Assembly: GCA_013265495.1 (NCBI GenBank) | Contig: MU058059.1 | Span: 3,387,502 to 3,451,501 of the forward strand | Reading direction: 5' to 3' | Length of the DNA stretch: 64,000 bases | From: Vicugna vicugna | Taxonomy: Eukaryota | Shown here: positions 37,201 to 52,200 of the stretch, piece by piece | Layout of the letters: the number at the start of each line of letters is the position of its first letter | Position numbering within the stretch: the first letter of the stretch is position 1 | Program-made: the position numbers and the translations under genes | The notes under the pieces: model-generated | Database searches by the model: none | The model's input: only the letters and a program-made list of their open reading frames with translations | Told to the model about the DNA's origin: nothing

Positions 37201-40200
37201 ATGGAAAAATATCTCTATTCTTCATTATATAAAGCATTATCTTGACATATTTTAGTCACTGAGTTTTATACATATCTACTGAAAACATTTAAGCAAAGAC
37301 CAAGGTTTCCCAGGAAAGTGTCATATGGGGCCTGGGGACACATCTGGGTAAACAGCGCATTAGGAAGAGCCTGGGCCCAGTCGCCGCCGCTGCGGCCCTG
37401 GCAGCCGCCCGCGCACAGTAGGCAGACAGCACCATCTGCTGGAAGAATCAGACTCCTCGGCAGGCACCTTATGTGACTGTCAGGATCATGCCTAACAGCA
37501 AAAAGACAGTGTTCCTTGGGTTTGTTTTGCGGAAAAGCCGAGAAGCAGCGCAGCCGGCTCACCAGGACCGGGGCACAGACAGCGGGACCGGCGGCCATGC
37601 TCAGGGACAGCTGGCGGCCCAGGGGCACCCGTAACCTGGGTCCTTTTATCTTCCCTCCTGTAACTCTGGTCATAAACCCTCCCTCCGCTTCCTCTTTAAC
37701 GACGGGGACGTGCACGTACCTGTTAAACACGTTGTCGCTCGCAGCATACTTGTCCAACCTCCCCAGCGGCGTCAACATTTCATCTTGTGAGACAAAGTCC
37801 AGGGCTGAAGGTACAATAATCACATCAGACTCTGAGCTGTAGTCATCCACACCAACTATCAGAGACATCAGAAACACTCCTTATAACACTGGGAGACCAA
37901 GCGCTGCCCCTTGCCTTGCCGCAGCAGAAGTCACACGGCCCTCTGATGCGTCTCGAGTGGTACCAGCATTCACAGGAGACTCAGAACCAGCCCAGAGGCC
38001 ACGGGTGCCTGAGGACGCGCCTCTCCTTTTCCTACAGTCATGTTCCAACTGCCCCCAGAAGCACCGGGGGCAGAAATTCAGTCGCGGGGCTCAGAGAACG
38101 GAGGCATCAGAACAGAGGGGCAGCAGGGACCTGAATGCTCACACATCCAACAGAACACAAACACCTTGTCAACGAGTCAAGTGCCAAACGCTGACAGTAA
38201 ATTCTGCAACGCAGAGAACAACTCTCTTTATATACAGACAGAGGGACCAAGACAAGAATTACACAGACTTCTCACCAGAAAGAACACAAGCTAGAGACAA
38301 GAGAGCAGCATTTTTAAGGGACTGAAAGGAAAGAGGTCAACCCACACTCTACACCCAGTGAACAGAAAGCGCTCAAATATCTTTGAAATTCACGTCTTTC
38401 AAACACAAAGGTGAAATACTTTTTCTGACATACAAAAGCTGGCAACCATCACCAGCAGCAGACCTGCACTACAAGAAATACGAAAGGAAGTCTTTCAAGC
38501 AAAACGAAAGTGATACCAGACGGGAGTCAGGATCTGCACAAAGGGACGAAGACCGTCAGAAACGGAGACGTATGCGGAAACACAAAAGCCTCTTCCTATT
38601 TAACAGACATCTCTAAGAGATAACTGACTATTTAAAGAAAATGATGTACTGTAAAATAAAGAGGCGAAGAATGCCCTGTGCAGTTTATAACACGTGAGAG
38701 GGTAAAACGTGTAACTTACAATAGCACAAGGGCAGAGAAAGAGCGAAGCACATCGTCCTCAAGTTCTTGCACACACAGACGGCAACAAGTCAGAGGGGCA
38801 CACTAACTGTAAACTCTACAGCAACAATTAAACATCTAAAAACCTACCAACTCACAGCAAGTCAAAAGGCCAAAAAACGGAATCATAAAAAATATTCAAT
38901 CTAAAAGGGGGCAGGAGAAAATAAAAGGAAGAAGAGCTGGGACAGGCGGGAAACAGCTCGCAGAGGCAGGAAAACCAAACCACACCAGTAACCACACCAA
39001 GCGCAAATGGGCTACAGACCCCAGTTGAAGGGCAGAGACGGTTAAACTGGATTAAAAATAACACCTAACACGAAAAATTCACTTACACAGTACCGAAAAG
39101 CTCTCACACGTTATTCTGATCCACGATTCACAGCAAAGTACCTTACGTATTATGAGCCAAAGAGTCGTAACAACCACTCAAGACACTCTCACCTGGCCTG
39201 TTTCCTCCTCTGTAACCTAAGACTGTGACCTTGAAGGCACCTGTATGCAGGCTCTAGAATTCTATGACTATGACCAAACTGTTTCATCAGCCTCACACTT
39301 GTTCATCTTAAAGATAAACATTAATAGCATCGAGTCCGGTCCACAGAAAGTCAGGGGCCGCAGGGAAGAGCCTGAGAGCAGTGACAGCCAGAAACTGCTG
39401 CGTTTGAGACAAGCCTGGAGCGCTTACCCTAAAACACAGGCCCCAGATCTCCCATTCAGACCCTGGTTGTGCAGGTTCGGAGTGAGGTCCAGGAGTGATG
39501 ATTTTTGGTAAACAGCCCCAAGTAGCTCAATGCAGGCTGTTGAGACACACACGCTGAGAGGGTGACAAACTGTATTTTGCTTCCACTCACGGCACCAGTG
39601 TATCAATCATGGCTGACAACGATGCCTACACAGAAGGACAGAGGCACTGGGGACAAGGGTGCACTTCTGTTTCCCAGACCTGCAGCCTCCTGCCGTATCT
39701 GTGGAATCATTCTGGCTTGAATCATCCTCTTTGAATTCAAGCTTTCCTCATCAATTCTTGATTGGACCAATGGGTTTGGATTTCATCTTTATGGAAGTGG
39801 CAAGGATATGATTATCATGGCTACAGATGGCACACTTAGTCTTACCCAGTCATCCAAATGCACCCCCCCCACGTTATAAGAAGGAGAAACACAAAAATGA
39901 TCAATAAAAAAAGCATTACCACTAAGGGAAAAAAACCCTGCAACATGAGTGATGGTCCAGTCAGTAACATCCTCAGATAAGGTAGACAGAACAGAGGGAG
40001 TAAACGCAGCTGCACTGCTCTAAGGATCCTGTAGCTCATGCAAAGTAGTACGTTAACTTTAAATAGGTCACGGTAAATTAAAGGTGCAAATTACAGTCCT
40101 TAGGAGTAGTCTCAAACATGTCAGAAAGGACAGCTAGAAAACCAACAGGGAATTAAAATGGAATACTAAAAAAAATTCAGTTAACCCCAAAGAAAGCCAG

Positions 40201-43200
40201 GAAAGGAGCAACAGAGGGGGAAAAAAAGAGACAAGAAGAAACAAGCAACCAGATCAATAATTATATTACATATAAATGGACTAAACATTTAAGTAAAAAG
40301 GTAGAGATTCCCAAACTAATAACAAGGTAACATTCAACTGCAGTCTACCAGAAACATACCTTTAAAGTCAAATTTTCAATCAACAGATTGAAAAGCATAA
40401 AAAACAAACAAACAAACACGAAACAATAAGCATAAGGAAGCTGGAGTGGCCACTTTATTATCAGACAGAACAGACGACGACAAGGCTATTACTAGAAATG
40501 GGACAGCCCGCCCACCACCTTCCCTGCGCCCAACCTGTGCCTTCCTTTCTAGATCGCTCCCTGAACTCTGGATTCTTGGGATTATGGCAGCAACAGCCCC
40601 TAACAGTGTTCACAGCTTTAAAACTCACTGATGAAGTGAAAAAAAATAAGTCAGCTTTTAACGTTACGTGAAATTTCAAAATGACCAAAAGGCAGTGATT
40701 AATTACTCTGAAATGTTTTCTCAAATTGTATCTGTATTCCCCATGTTTCAATGTTCCCTCTTCTCCTGTAAATCTACTGTCCCAGGTGGCTGAAGGGGGA
40801 GCAGGATGGAAAGGAAAAAGGAAGATGATCTGAAAGGTCAACATGAGGCAGAATTCCCATCCTGACGTAGGCGACCTTCATTCTCCAAGACCTGGTACTT
40901 AATTATAAAGCAAAAACTTCCGGGAAAAAGCTAAATGATACATCTTTTAACAAAAAGTGTGGCTTATAGTGAATCCTAACAGAACAGAACTCCTAATTGG
41001 AACAGAAACCTAGGATACAAACTGAAGCCCCGTCTTTACGGGTCAGTCAATCTATCCAGTCTCAAGGGCCCTGAACATCAATCAGACTCAGGCCTTTCTA
41101 GTTTCAAATCATGACAAAAGAGTCGAAAGCGTCACACGCAAATACAGAGGACATCAAGGAAAAGAGGATAAGAGAAAGAAACAATAAAACAAAGACATTT
41201 ACCTCCGTTACTTATAAACTGCGTACTTCCCTCTGCACCAGCTGAGACACACGGAGCACCAGTCAGTCACCCCCGCAGCCTGCTCCCCCTGCACCTGCAC
41301 CAGCAGAAACCACCTACCCCCAGTTTTCAGCTGTTTTAAATTTAATGAAAACTGTATAAAACGGAAAAGTTTAGAAGTTGGACTCATCTGAAAACTTGAG
41401 GATGGTTGATTTAATCGCCAGCGTCAGTGCCAGTGCTGGGAAAAGGGCAGAGGCTCTTTCAAGTCACACAGATCTGGGTTAACCGTCGTGCTCTGCTCCA
41501 TGTGCACCATCTACGTGGACTTAATGCAGGTATGTAATTAACTTGCCTTCATTTCCTCATCTGTGAGATACTTGTTTGTTGTCAAAACTTGAAGACACAC
41601 ATGCGAAGGTAAGACAGCTAACACGGTGTCAAGCAAGTGCATCAATGTTCCCTTACCCCGCAACTCACTGGTTTCTGATACAGAATCTCAGTGTGGTTTT
41701 CCTGTGTTTTTAAATGTTTTCATTCACTTCATTCAACTGGTACGTAGCACAGCACACACGATGTGAGTGCCAGGCAGAAAAGAAGTGTGCACACGTCACT
41801 GTACACGTACACATGTGTGCACACATGCATGGACATGAACACCCCACCAAGAAAAGGCACGTGGAGTTAAGAGCACACATACAAGACGTGGTTAGCAGTG
41901 AGCTTCCAGCTCAGCCCTGGTAAGAGCAGCCTTCAAAGTCAAGCTGATTCTGGGGAGACACACTGAGGTTTGCCGGGCAGGACGGCGGGCAGAAGAGGGC
42001 ACTGCAAGCGGCCAGTCCCAACGACAGGGAGTCGAGGAACCCCAGCCATGCGGAGAAGAGAAGTGACTCAGTGCGTGTGGGGCACACGGCTCATACGGAA
42101 GGGGTGGGGGACCAGTCACAGTCAACTCAACCCTCTAATTTTTAGAGTACCTTTACTACATTTGCAGACTCCTCTTCCCTGGCAGCTCAAGTCGCACTGC
42201 CGCCCTGTAACTGGGGATGGCATTTCAGATTTTCTAAGCAGTGACAAATTCAACAGTTATCTCCTTTGAACAATGGACAATTCCAGGCAGTGAACATACT
42301 TATACAACTATGTTATAATGAAATGTGATTTAAATGATCATTAACTAAAAACCATCAATTGTTTTTTCAATTAAGAGAGAAGCAAAGAAGGTGATGTCTT
42401 TTCCAAGCTGAACCACCTCTTGGTCTCCAGGTAGCATCCCCAGGGCAACAGCCTGGCCTCACCTCACTCCACTTCCCATCACACTGCTGTCCCAGCGGGC
42501 GGTGGGGGCGCGGAGGAGGCAGAAGCTGGCCCCTCGGGAGTAAACATTCGAGTCCAGCAGGGACAGTTCCAGCTACCTGCATCTGCACCATAGCCTCTCC
42601 TCCCCCGCTGACGATGCCCAGACTACAGATTCATGCTAGTTTCTTGCTCACTCAGCAGGACTCTTGAATTTACTATTCTTAAAACTTACAATTGTCTCAG
42701 ACACTCCAAATCTCTATTCCAAATCCTTTGAACTACCCTCAAAAAGTAACCTTCCTCTCGTCCTTACTACCACACATGCATTTGATGCCAAGTCAGGGGA
42801 AGGAAAGTGCCCACAGCCACGAGGACAACGGCAGGATCTGGGCGGAACATGTGACTGCCCGCTGCCCCACAACCACAGCCCTGCTCGAGCAGAGTGCCTG
42901 CCCACCCCGTCTACAGACCTGCCACCGTGGCGCAACGTCCACCCCATCCAGGACGCCAGTGCACAGACAAGGTGCTGACGGTGGAGGGAAGACACGGCTC
43001 TGAGACTCGAATGTACTGCACACCTGATGAGCGACACAGGACACGCGGGGCCATCCTGACCACACAGGCTGTTCCCAACACCGAGTCCGGGACGTCAGCT
43101 TGTTGGTCCCTACAATGGCTTCATCAGACTCCTTAAAGCCGAAGTCCCCCTCCTCGCTGAGACAGATAGTCTGTCCTGTTCCTCTTCCACTCTGGTGACA

Positions 43201-46200
43201 CTCTGCAAAGATTAGGGGTACTCTGCCAAAGCTAGAGGCCCTTCCAGATCTACTGTCTTACTCCTCCACAGCCTCTGACGGGGCGGACTTCACCCCCCCA
43301 TCCCAACCTCCTCCTCTGAAGTTCTCTTTCCATGGGTTCTCTGGGAGTACGCACTCAGTCCTGGGTATTTTCTGTCTCAGACTATTCTCGCTTGCTTCTT
43401 TCTGTCCCTTCTGGGCAGGGAGTTCCCCTCCACTGCTGTCCTCACATACACACTACACACACACCTCTCCCCCGTCAACGATCCGCGGCCTTCAGCACCC
43501 CTTACACCGCAGACGACCCCCACGCTCTCCTGCACGAATCCCCACGTATCCGGGTCTGCAGGTGCTTCCTATAGCCTCCACCTCCGGGTCACATGTGATC
43601 TGAAAATTAAAGTGTCCAAGCTAATCTTATAAAAACTCAGCTCCTCCCATGACTTTCTAACTACCATCATTTCCCCGTGACCTTGAGCTCTCCGACATGA
43701 GGTCCTCAGTCACTTTTTAAAGTACCTTTCTTGTCCCATTTCTAACCAGTTGCTAAGAACTGAAAATTCTACCTCCTTGAAGTAGCCCGCACCCCCACCC
43801 CTCAGTGTCCAACTCCCCAGCTCAGAGGCTCTGGTGTCTCCCGCTCAGAGAAAACCGGGGTGCTTGAACCCCACCAGGTACAAGAGACTTTCCAATAAAG
43901 CAGACGAGTAATTTTGAGGAACTCCCCACCACAAAGTGGGCCTGAGGGTTGGCTCAGGCTCTCCCTTTCACAACGGCCTGCCTCCCACTACCTCAATGCT
44001 GTGCTGCCCCCAGGCGGAAAACGCCCCATGCTAAGCAAAGGGACCCTTGAAATACTGATGGAAATGTTGCGATCAACTCTCTAAAGACTGCAGTACTTTT
44101 GCAAGTCAGGTATTCACTCAATTCTTTGCTTAAAAAAAAACTGGAAGACTGATAAACTCATTAAAAATAATTTAAAAATTTTTGACACGTAAGTTGGAAG
44201 TTCAACGAAATCAGTGGCACTGCTGGTCAAATCCTTGCCATCCACTTATGACGTCAACAAAACACCTCTGCGCTCAGAGCTCACCTGATTCACCACACCA
44301 CTTCTGCCCACCTTGCCTCTCCTCCTCCGTTTCAGTTCACGTACTTACAAATGCCACCCAGGGCGCATTTCCGACTGTAATCCAGGTCTCTCCCTCCCAT
44401 GAATCCCCCTCCAGCCTGGGGCCTGGGCGCAGACCAGACAAGGCAGTGTTTGAGTTACCTTCTCTTCTTTTTCTCATTTTATCTCCCTCTCCCCACCCCA
44501 AACACATAAATTCCCTGAAGACAGTCTGTCTTGATAATCCTTTTACTACCTAAAAAAGCAAACAAACAAAAACAGGGTCTTATGCTTCTCCTGAAGCATG
44601 TGAACTCATTAAAACCTGTTCAGGAAAAGGCGGCCCAGAAACCCTCAGACCCTCCCGAGACCCATCCGCACATTAACACCCTGAGAGCTGATGACTTCGT
44701 ACAACGGACGTCGCTGGGCTTGAGTCAACTTCCTTCCATTCTCCATGCCGCCTCCCATAAAATCCTCTAACACAGGGAAAGCTAACGGTCCTTCCACAAG
44801 TGCTTCCCTCCTCAGTGCTAAGGTCACACTAAATGTGCCCAATCTGTTTCCCAAGTCTTCACATCCTAGAAAACCAAAGATAACAAGACAGATCATAGAG
44901 ATTTAATCATTTTTATGAGTTACCTTAACATTTGGGGCTTTAAGATGATATTTTAACAAATAAAACCAACAAACAGAAGGGTGAGCTGGTCCTTAGAGCA
45001 AAGCCAGGAAGGAAATGGAACCGATTCAGGTAAGAATCATCAACTCACTGATACGCAGGGGTGAATGTCTGGGAATGGGGTATTTCCCCAGTGTCAAATT
45101 ATTTCCCTTGCTAACAACAAAAGTGAACTGAAAAAGAGTCTTTAAGTGGAGACATCACACCTTAACCAAGTGGTTAAAATTAAATTACCACCACCAGTAA
45201 TGGAGGCCTGACATCAGGGGCCCTGTGAGATGAAGCACTGAGAAAATCACAGCATTCCTCACACAGCACTCCTGCCCCCACCCGAAAAGCATAACCTGAA
45301 CTGAGTGAGGGAAAAGATAAGGCCAAATTTCCTCTCCAAAAATAGCATTATCATGAAAGACAAAGGCTGCGAAGTTGTTCCAAACTGAAGAGACATGACA
45401 ACTAAATGCAGCCTGGATTGGCAAGACAGTTGCTATAAAGGACGTTAGTGGACAACTGATGAAATGTGAACACACACTACGTATTACATACCTGATTCGT
45501 ATCAATGTTACATTTTCTGGATTAGATGCTGACTGAGAGCAGCCTGGCTCTCAGGAGATACAGGCTGCGGTCATGATCTATACAACTTCTTAAAAACGTG
45601 CAACAAAGACGACTAAGAGTAATGTATATGTTACATCCTGTGCGTGTCTGTAACTGTAACTGTTCAGAGAAAAACAGAGCAAATCGGCAGAACGTTCACA
45701 GTGTTGAATGAAGGTAAAGACTTAGGAGAATGAACTATGACACTGCGAGACTTATGGTTAGTCTGAAAGTTTTCAAGTATCATGTTTAATTCAAATAAAT
45801 TATTTCATTATTTGACTCCAAATAGGCTTATGGCCTTATTTAGGTTGGCCTGAAAAGCAAGATTCATCTCAGCACGCAGTCACTGAAGGCCCACCGTGTG
45901 CCAAGCTCTCTGCTCCGGGTGAAGAACACCCACGTCTCAGCCCTTGACTTGGGGCCCCGCACAGGCCACCGGCCGCGTGCGGCCAGCAGGTAAAGCGCCC
46001 CCCCCCGCCCCGCTGTGTCCTGGTATCCGGTGTTACTGGGCACATTTGGCCCAAGCATCAGCTGTGTCGCTCGCCCCTCCGGCTGCTTCACCGGCACGGC
46101 AGAGCTGAGGAGCGGCAAGGGGGACCACGGGGCCCACAGCATGTGGCACGCTCACTGTCAGCCCTGCACAGGGACTTGCCAGCCCCGGCTCTAGTGACCA

Positions 46201-49200
46201 GCAGGAACACAAGTCACTGCCTGGGGGAAAACTAACAGGCAGAGACAAGGAACAGACCTGCAGGCCCATGTAATGCAATGCACTAGGCGGCTCAAGCGAC
46301 TGGTAGGCCGGGTTTCAGTCTGTTCCTGTGACAAACTAAGAACGCTTATCAGAACTCTTTTCTTCAAACATAAGTATTAAGTTTAAATTCTTAGAAATGC
46401 TCTTTACTAGTAAGTGTAAAACCGTCCTACAGTATATTTAATTTCACAACTGAACTTAAGCAGGAATAATTTGCTAACGTTCACTCTATGAATAGTTCAA
46501 AAACCATTTCCCCAAAGTATATACGCACATAAAAAGAGGCAGTTGTGTGTTTACCTACTTTCAAATTAGTCACCAAGATCATGTTTTCTACACGGCACTG
46601 GACAGGCAGAGACGCAGCACATCAGGGCACCTGCAGGCGCGGACTCCCATACATTATACATGTGCTGTTTGCTCCTCCAGTGAGCAAACATTTTCTTTAC
46701 AGTCTTATTTACCCAATTACTTTGATTAGTAATTCTTTTTTCTACAGGTAACCCAAATATCGAATTTGAGCTAATCCAGGTCCAAATTAATACAAATCCC
46801 CTATAAGTGAAGTACTGAATTTATCTGAAGTCTTTAAGTTATTTCTACCAAAAACTAAGTTGGTAGATGTAAGTGTGAAAGCGATTTATATCAAATCTGA
46901 CTTTGAATATAAACTCAATGCAGTAAATAATTTAAATATAAATTCAGCAGTAAGATCTTGGACTCTGCACTCTGTAATTAGGTAGTGACAGGAACAAAAA
47001 CACCAGATTAAATTAACGTTCTCACCCACTTTCACTCCAATGACTGGCTTCCCGATACATCAGTTTTAAAACACAAAGCGAAAGCATCTGTTTTGCTTCT
47101 AATGTTCCCATGACAGGAGCTACTCTAGACGGAATTACTTTACCCACCAGATGCTTGGAATGTGCTGTCACCCTCACATCCTTCGGAACCTTGAGGAGGT
47201 TAAACAACCGAAACAGGACGTAAACTAAAGGAGGCTGACCCTGGAAGGCAGGAAGAGCACAGTGACACAGAGCACCAGACTGCTCAAGCCTGTGCAGGGC
47301 AACTCCGAGTGTAACCTAACGCTTGCGAGAGGGGTGACCGCGTGAGTAACTGTTTAGGTTAAGTCTCATTGGGCACCACGTCTGTAAAGCTGTGGGCCTG
47401 CCAACCTCACAGGGGACTAGTACGAGCCAACTTACAGCACACTGCCTGACACACAGTATGACAACAAGTGGTGATTTTAAAAATGAACAAAATCTAGAAA
47501 TTCCTCCCACTTCCCTTCTGCCCTTCTGCAGTGAGTTAAAGAGCTATGTCAGATGATATCTTGAAAAAGAACATTAAAATCTAACCGGTCTGAATTGTAC
47601 TCCAGCCTCTGCCTCCAAGCCATCTTTATCGGCAGGTCCTTGGGCCCAAACAGTTTCATGCTTCAGGAAAAGGATGACTATATCATGTCCTTTGGCTCCT
47701 GATTCCTGTAACTCTGGAATCGATGGCTCCCCAGAGGCACAGTACAACTCAGATTTTTAAAGTTCATGTGACCCTCTAGATGACACAGCAAACCAATTTA
47801 ATATATAAAACCCAACTTCTATTTACCAACGGTCTTGTGTTACATTGAGGCTGAGCTGAAAGGGTGAAACGTGCTTAGCATGGTAACGAGCAAGATGCTG
47901 CTTCTCTTAATCTGGATTAAGCAACAGTAAGAGAAAAGTGAATTTAGTAATTATACACATGGACTTTATTATAGTAGCACAAGCAAGGAAAAGGTCTCAA
48001 GAATTTAATCACTTAAACTTTCATAAATGGCCAGACTTTGCAAGAATCTTAGATGGCTTCCATTCACAGATTAGAACATCACACTTCAGGTATATGCCTT
48101 GGGAAATATTTATCGTTAAAATAAGTGACTCCTGAGATGTCTCTAAAATACTCTGATTGTGTTCTCCTGCCCCACAGAAGTTCAGGTGTTAGAGCGGATA
48201 AATAGAAGTTGACACTAAGTGGTGTGTGTATGGTGGCTCATTTGTTTTTGTGTATTTCTGAAATTTCCCATTAAAAAAAAGTAATGACTTAAAAAAATCA
48301 ATGTAATTCATTGAATTAAAAAACTGAAAAAGAAAAAAATCATAAATGCAGAAAAAGCATTTGACACAAAATCCAACACTCATTCCTAACTTCAAGAAAG
48401 GTCTCGGTCAACTCAGGGAATTTTCTCAACCTGAGAAAGGGCATCTGCAGAAAACAATGAACAGAACATCAAAATTCAGAACTTCTGCTCTTCAAAACAC
48501 ACTACTAGGACAATGAAAAGAAAGTCAAAGAATGGAAAATAATATTTGCAAATCACCTATCTGAGAAAGGATCAGTATCTGGAATATATAAAGAACTCTC
48601 TAAACTTAGCAAGAAAACAAATAACACAATTTAAAAACGGGCAAAAGGTCTGAACAGACACTTGACCAAAGAAACATACAGATAATAAATGAGCACAGAA
48701 AAAGATGAGCATTATCCATCTTTAAGGAAATGTAAATTCAAACCACAAAGAAAAACACACATACTAGATGAGCTAAAAAGCTAAAGCCCGCCCACACCAA
48801 GTGTTGGCAAAGGTTGGAGGACTCTGGACTCTGACCCACTGCTGGCAGGACCATGAAACCTCCAGTCACTCTGGAAAGTCTGGTGCTTCTTAAAAAGCTA
48901 CACAGCCACACCACTCTCAGGTCCACACCCAAGAGAAAGAACATACACAAGCACACAGATCTGTTCTGCGACAGCCGAACACTGACAACAACCCCAAGCC
49001 CACCAACGTTTTAAAGACAGAACCTCTCAGAAAAGTGAAGTAACTTGCTCAGGGTCACACGGTGAACCCTGGTCCAGAGGGTGGTGGGCCAGAGCTCTTT
49101 CCCCAATGCAAACCCACACTGGGATGTACCCCAGAACTGCAGTACGACAGACGACCCAACACCGACCCAACTGGCATCAGCTGGGCCAGGCCAGAAAAAT

Positions 49201-52200
49201 GCATCTGCTCCAAAAGCCACAGAGAAGAGGACTAAGGAGACTGACTTAGAAGAGTCAGGGGATGGACAAGGAGGGGGGACCCCTGGAAGTCTGTGCAGAA
49301 GCCCCCGAAAAGGTCCAGTGAGCACGGCCTTTTCAACCAATGCCCGAATCCCACAGGGGCCACCCTCCCTTCTTCCCAAAATGTTATGTTAGTTTTATTT
49401 TCAGAGCCAAGTTAAAAGCAAAACCACGCCCTAACTCAAGTGCAGGAACTGCCCACCCTGTCATGAAGCGGATGGCAAAAATTATTCGTCATCAAGAGAG
49501 GAAAATCCGAAATTCCAGAATATAAGGCAAACACAGGGGTGAAGTAACAACAGTCCAATCAACAATTACACTTTCTCTGTTTTGATGAGAGGAGGAACTC
49601 TCACAAAAGGATCAGAAATGAAACCATGATCAGCAAACTAGTGACTTTGCCCCAGCCAGGGCCAGCTCTCCTCCACAGGCAGGCAGAACAAAGCAACCCG
49701 AGGCACCGAGGTGTCTGCTGTTCCCCCGAGTCACGCAGCTACAAGCCCACACAGCGGACATGCATACTTACAGAGGACTCTGCCTTTTTCTTAAAGAAAT
49801 TCAGTACAGGGAGTTGTGACCCAAGGCATCATTAACTGATTCTGTACGCATGCAGGCACCACCAGGGCCATTGTGAAGCACTCTTTTCTAGGACACCAAC
49901 TATGCTGCCTGCAAAGAAAGATTCTGCCTGTCCAGTCTTGCTGGTAGCAATCCGAACATGCTACAAGTCCCATGACTCACTCTCCCAAGTCCCTATTTAA
50001 CAACACGTCTAACTATGCAGACTTCCAAGGGCACCTTCCTGGGGTTCTGACTGATTCCTTGGCCACCACCGGGTACAGCCCCAATGTTGCAAGTCTCACC
50101 TCCCCAGGTGGCTCTAAGAAGCTTAACAAACTCAGTTTTCAAAAGTCATGGAGGGCCCAGAGACTCTCTGAAAGGAGCACAACCCGGGCAGTTACACCCA
50201 ATTTCTTCCAGATACATCGTTAATTCACTATTTCAGGATGTTCCGCAACGCAGCTCCTGAAGCCCTTCCACGTCCCGCAGGTGACAGCTCCACGAGGAGC
50301 TAACGCACAGCTAAGTCAACTGCTCTGCACCCGAGCCTCATTCGAATCCCCTCTCTGAGTAAAGTTAAGCCTTGTGGAACATGGAGGTTAACCTAAGCAC
50401 AGGTACAAGTAAGTCACCTACGCGAGCCTGGATGTTGTAAATTGTATGTAAAATACAACATTCAGAATCAGGAGGCCTTAAAATTCTGGCTGGTACTTAG
50501 GAGTTTTGTCCCTGAGAGAATAACTCAGTCCCTTTTTATTAACGTCTGAACACTGGTGCCTACACGTCATGTGACTGCTGGGTGTGAGAGCTACTGTAAA
50601 CCTGTGTTATGCTATCTTACTTTCAAAACAATTTTCTTCAACGTATTACTCTGACAAATTAAAATTTTAATCAAACTCCCCCCAGTGAAATTATTTTTAC
50701 AAGTGTCAATTCATCGATTTTACTGTATCTCAACTCCCATCTCACCTCTTCCAGAAATCCAGCAACTTCAAGAATTGCCGTCTTTGAAGAAGTGACAACA
50801 GAAATTTAAAATTTCCTTCTCTGAAAGCCTTTCTGTAATTCTGTGCGGCCTCCCACCATTCAAAGAAAAGGAAGGGTGCACCCGACTGTGAAGTCACTCT
50901 GCTGACACGCCTTTGCATACAGGACATCACCTGTCTGCTTTCACTTTGAAAGTCAAAGTGCGTTTCATCAGACGGTCTTGGAAGTGTCGCCTTGAAGCAC
51001 AAACAAACTTACACTTTTCCAATGCACTGTTCTCCTAAACTTAACTCTCATGGTACCTTATGATGATTGTATTTACTTACTTTTCTGAGAATTACACACA
51101 GGGCACCATTTTTACACATTAGGATTTTGTTTCTTTTTCTCCAAGAGCACCAGTCAGGTTGGTCTCTGAGCAATCCTCTTCCCCAACCTACCCGCTTTCT
51201 ACTGACTCTACACAGAGACCTAAGGGCTTAAACAAGTTAAACACATGAGCTGAGACCCTCAGGCAGGTCTGGTAAAGCCCCCCTTTCAGCATCCAGACCC
51301 CGCCCGGGTCCTCCCACAGGACCCCTGGCTGCTCACAATGTGTACAATGGTATTTACTCTCTCTTCTGTCTCAGTTTAGGTCTGCATTTTGGAAAGGCAA
51401 CCACAATCCTAGAGCTTGAGCGGATCCTGATTCACCCTCCTCTCCAGGGCTGACTTGGACCTGGCGTGGCCAAGAGGCAGGACTGGGGCAGAAGGATTCC
51501 GGAGCAGCCGGCACCAGTGCAGCCAACAGAAGATGGGCTCAGAGGACACAGTGTGGCTGCGACGGCAGCCCAAGCTCCACTCTCCACCATCTCTAGTCCT
51601 GTCCCTTCCCAGCTTCTCCAGGATGTGACAGGCTTCTCCACTCCCTCACCACCCATCCTGCCCTGGCCTGACGCCCCCCTCATCTCTCATCCCTCCACGG
51701 CAGACACCAAGTGGTCCTTCTACTGGCCACAGGTTCCAAGCTCTCTTGTTCCAAATATTCTGGGTAAAGATCCCACCTGTAAAAACTGTAGCCACTAAGA
51801 AAAATAAGCCATCATTCTAACAAAGCCTTCAAATTATGAATATGCAAATAGACTATTTACACCTTCAAATGGCTCGTTTAATCCTAAATTAAAATGCACT
51901 GGCAACTAACGGGACCTTTAAAAAGCTAACTGCAAGCATTAGCAGCATTTGTAAATATACAAAGCCAGTGGTGTAAGGTTCAAGACCCAGGCTCCCTTCC
52001 GTGCACTTTCCTCCAATATTCCCTCATTCCTTACTCGTGACAACAAACGCGTAACAGTCACTACTTACCAGTACATAGTCTAGGCGCTGCACATGCGTTA
52101 ACTTTTGTTAACAACTAAACAACTCTGTAAGATGGGTAATGTTCATCGTGCCTATTTACAAGTGACAAAACTCAGTCATCGAGAGGCTGAGTCTTATGAG

